Positions 61,771-64,000 of a DNA stretch of 64,000 nt are shown here, in pieces (within the stretch, counting starts at the first letter, position 1; every line of letters starts with the position of its first letter). The notes beneath the pieces were generated by a model that was not told the DNA's origin, searched no databases, and saw only the letters and a list, made by a program, of their open reading frames with translations. A program made the position numbers and the translations under genes. Origin of the DNA: Felis catus (lineage: Eukaryota); contig NC_058368.1 in NCBI RefSeq assembly GCF_018350175.1, positions 207,206,001-207,270,000 of the forward strand. Direction: 5' to 3'.

Positions 61771-63609
61771 TGATCAGTAGCTCAAATTTTACAGAAGATG
61801 CCAATTCATGAGTTGTGCACAATCTCTTGGTTGTAAGGCAGAAATTTTTTATTTGGTTTTTGGTCTTCAAAGAATAGGAGGAAAGATACAACAGCTTTAA
61901 GAGATAGTTTGGGTTCACAGCAGAGATAATCCATCATTGTGCTAATCCCTGTTTAGAACTGGGCAAAATCCAGACGCATCAGAGTTCCCTCCAGACATTC
62001 CTTCAGTATTATCTTTGGAAAATCAAGTTGCTCTATATTAACCACACGAATGAAAATCTTAATGCTTTAGCCAAATGAATGGCTTTGTTAGACCTTACTT
62101 ATTTAACCTGCTTCTTCTTTCTGTTCATTTCAAAATATTTTCTTCTTTAATTGTGCTTTATGTGTTTGCTTGTTATCTATCTTGATTATTAGCCAGATTA
62201 CTTTTTAAAGCCAACTGGAATCTGTTTTCAATTTTTGTTTTAGAATGGTCAACCACAGTGTTCCCAGCATTTGGCCTGAAGTTTTCAATTAGGTTGCAAT
62301 GACTTTTAACTTGAAAATATTGTTGTTCTTTCTGGCTGCATACGTAACAAGGAAGGAAAAAACAACTTTCTCCTTACTTTGATAGTCTTCCACCAAATAA
62401 TAAAAACCTGACTCAAAACACTAAAGTAGATAATTTCATTGAATCTGATGGGAAGTAAGATGATGAAAATGGAGTGGCACTAAAAATTTTGGCGATAAAT
62501 TAACTTTGCCTGCTTTTTTAAGGACATCTAACACGATCAAAACAAATCTGAGTTGAATTTAAAAATAGTATTTTTTTTCTATCTTTACAGTTTGATTACT
62601 ATAAAGATATTTTCGACTTTGACTTTTATAGTGTTTTCATTATAAAGAACTCCAATTTCAGTCTAGTTTTCAATTCTATTTCAGGAGGGTTTAACAAAGG
62701 CATGAGAAGAGTTGAATGCAAAGTTTAACTATAGGTAGAAAGTATTAATCTAAATCCTAAATGCAACAGTTTTATGTATTTCTCTCCTGAGGGACATAGA
62801 CAGCCTGTGGCAGAGGGATTGTCATTTTACCTGTGGTTTACTTGTCACTTAATAAAAGACATTTTTTCCATTGAGTTCCAGACCTACCATTGCCAGTGGG
62901 CTATGATGCTGAGATGGGAAGCTGCTCCACAGCACCATGATGCCAGGATCAACAAATTGGCCTCTGCCCCATAGCTAAAAGATTGTGCACCATGTTTCAT
63001 GAGAAGATAACCATTTTCTATGGGGTAAATCTTAAGAAGGGAAGACAGATTCTTGACTTAACTACCTATTTCTAGTGCTGAAGCTATGGAGCTCTATTCT
63101 CCCTGATTTTCTACATTCTATCGTTTGAATCTGGGAGGTAGTGAAATAGATTTGTTGGGTAAGATTTGATCAAAGAATACTCAAGCATTATCACTATGAC
63201 CAAAAGTTCTTCAATGAAGCCTTGACATATTTATTGAGTACTTAGGGTTTTACTCAGACTCCGATTGAAAACTAACATTTCATTAAGGAAAATATATTTG
63301 CCAACACACTTAAAATGCCACTAGTATTCAGTGAAAAAATAAAAGTATAAGATAAAAATATTAATGCATATGTTGTAGGTATTCAGCTGCCAGTAACTAT
63401 AAACAAACATCACATTCCAACCATTCCCCCATATTGGCACTTTCTTTTCCTCATGATTTTCTAGTGAAGAGGCTACCAGTCATTGATTTAACGACTAAAT
63501 CAATAGTCATTGATTTAGAGAGACAAAATACCAATTATTTTGTTGCATCTTATGTGTTATTATATATCACACATGCATGACATATTCTAATAAATCTTTA
63601 ATAAATACA

Positions 63610-63800
63610 ATAACAACAATCATTCACTGCTAACTAGATGCCAAGTGTCCTACTCAATGCTTTATGTGCATATTTTTCCATTTAATCCTCATAACAACCT
63701 TGAGAAATAAGCATTGTGTTTACCTCCCTCGGATAGAGAAAGGATTTACCATTAAGTGAGCTTAAGTAACTTGTCTAATGTCATCCTGTCAAGCATCTAT
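63610..63800 (-). mobile_element. MIR
   Basis: atgccaagtgtcctactcaatgctttatgtgcat...catttaatcctcataacaaccttgag...ttaagtaacttgtctaatgtca. Confidence 0.8.
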
Positions 63801-64000
63801 TGATTCTTATGTAATTCATGCTGTTGCTTCTAATTCAATATGCTGAGCAGCCATGTCTCTCACTAGAGTAGAAACAACAGAGATGAATTTCTTTCAGTTT
63901 TATTACTGTGTATTGAAGAATGACCATATTTGCAGACATTTGTTCCATGGAAGAAAAAACAAATAATGAACAATTGAAGTCGAACCAATAGAGTAACCTA

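Overview
Eukaryotic, repeat-rich mammalian DNA. The CanSINE family and its feline-type subfamilies point to a cat (Felidae). I recognise no protein-coding gene, so the window is intergenic or deep intronic; the ORF track is explained by SINE/L1 translations, microsatellites and chance ORFs. Content: 23 tRNA-derived CanSINEs (most with readable TSDs); a full-length but decayed ~7.7 kb L1 at 43025-50720, inserted in a MIR and carrying three nested insertions; several L1 3' fragments; two complete ERV1-class solo LTRs with 4-bp TSDs; MaLR/ERVL LTR relics; hAT and Tc1/mariner-type DNA transposon relics; MIR/L2 fragments; microsatellites. Most notable: (1) a solo LTR whose CCAAT box is amplified into a 13-unit array with higher-order structure just upstream of its TATA-like box; (2) a tailless 5S rRNA retro-fragment with a 17-bp TSD inside an MLT1 LTR; (3) an unexplained 66-bp-arm inverted repeat around a TA-rich spacer; (4) a CpG-retaining 743-bp Tigger-like TIR element; (5) several template-switch or templated-insertion scars. 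No CRISPR or prokaryotic-type system is present. Repeat family names come from recalled consensus sequences, not from a database search; boundaries of old elements are approximate.
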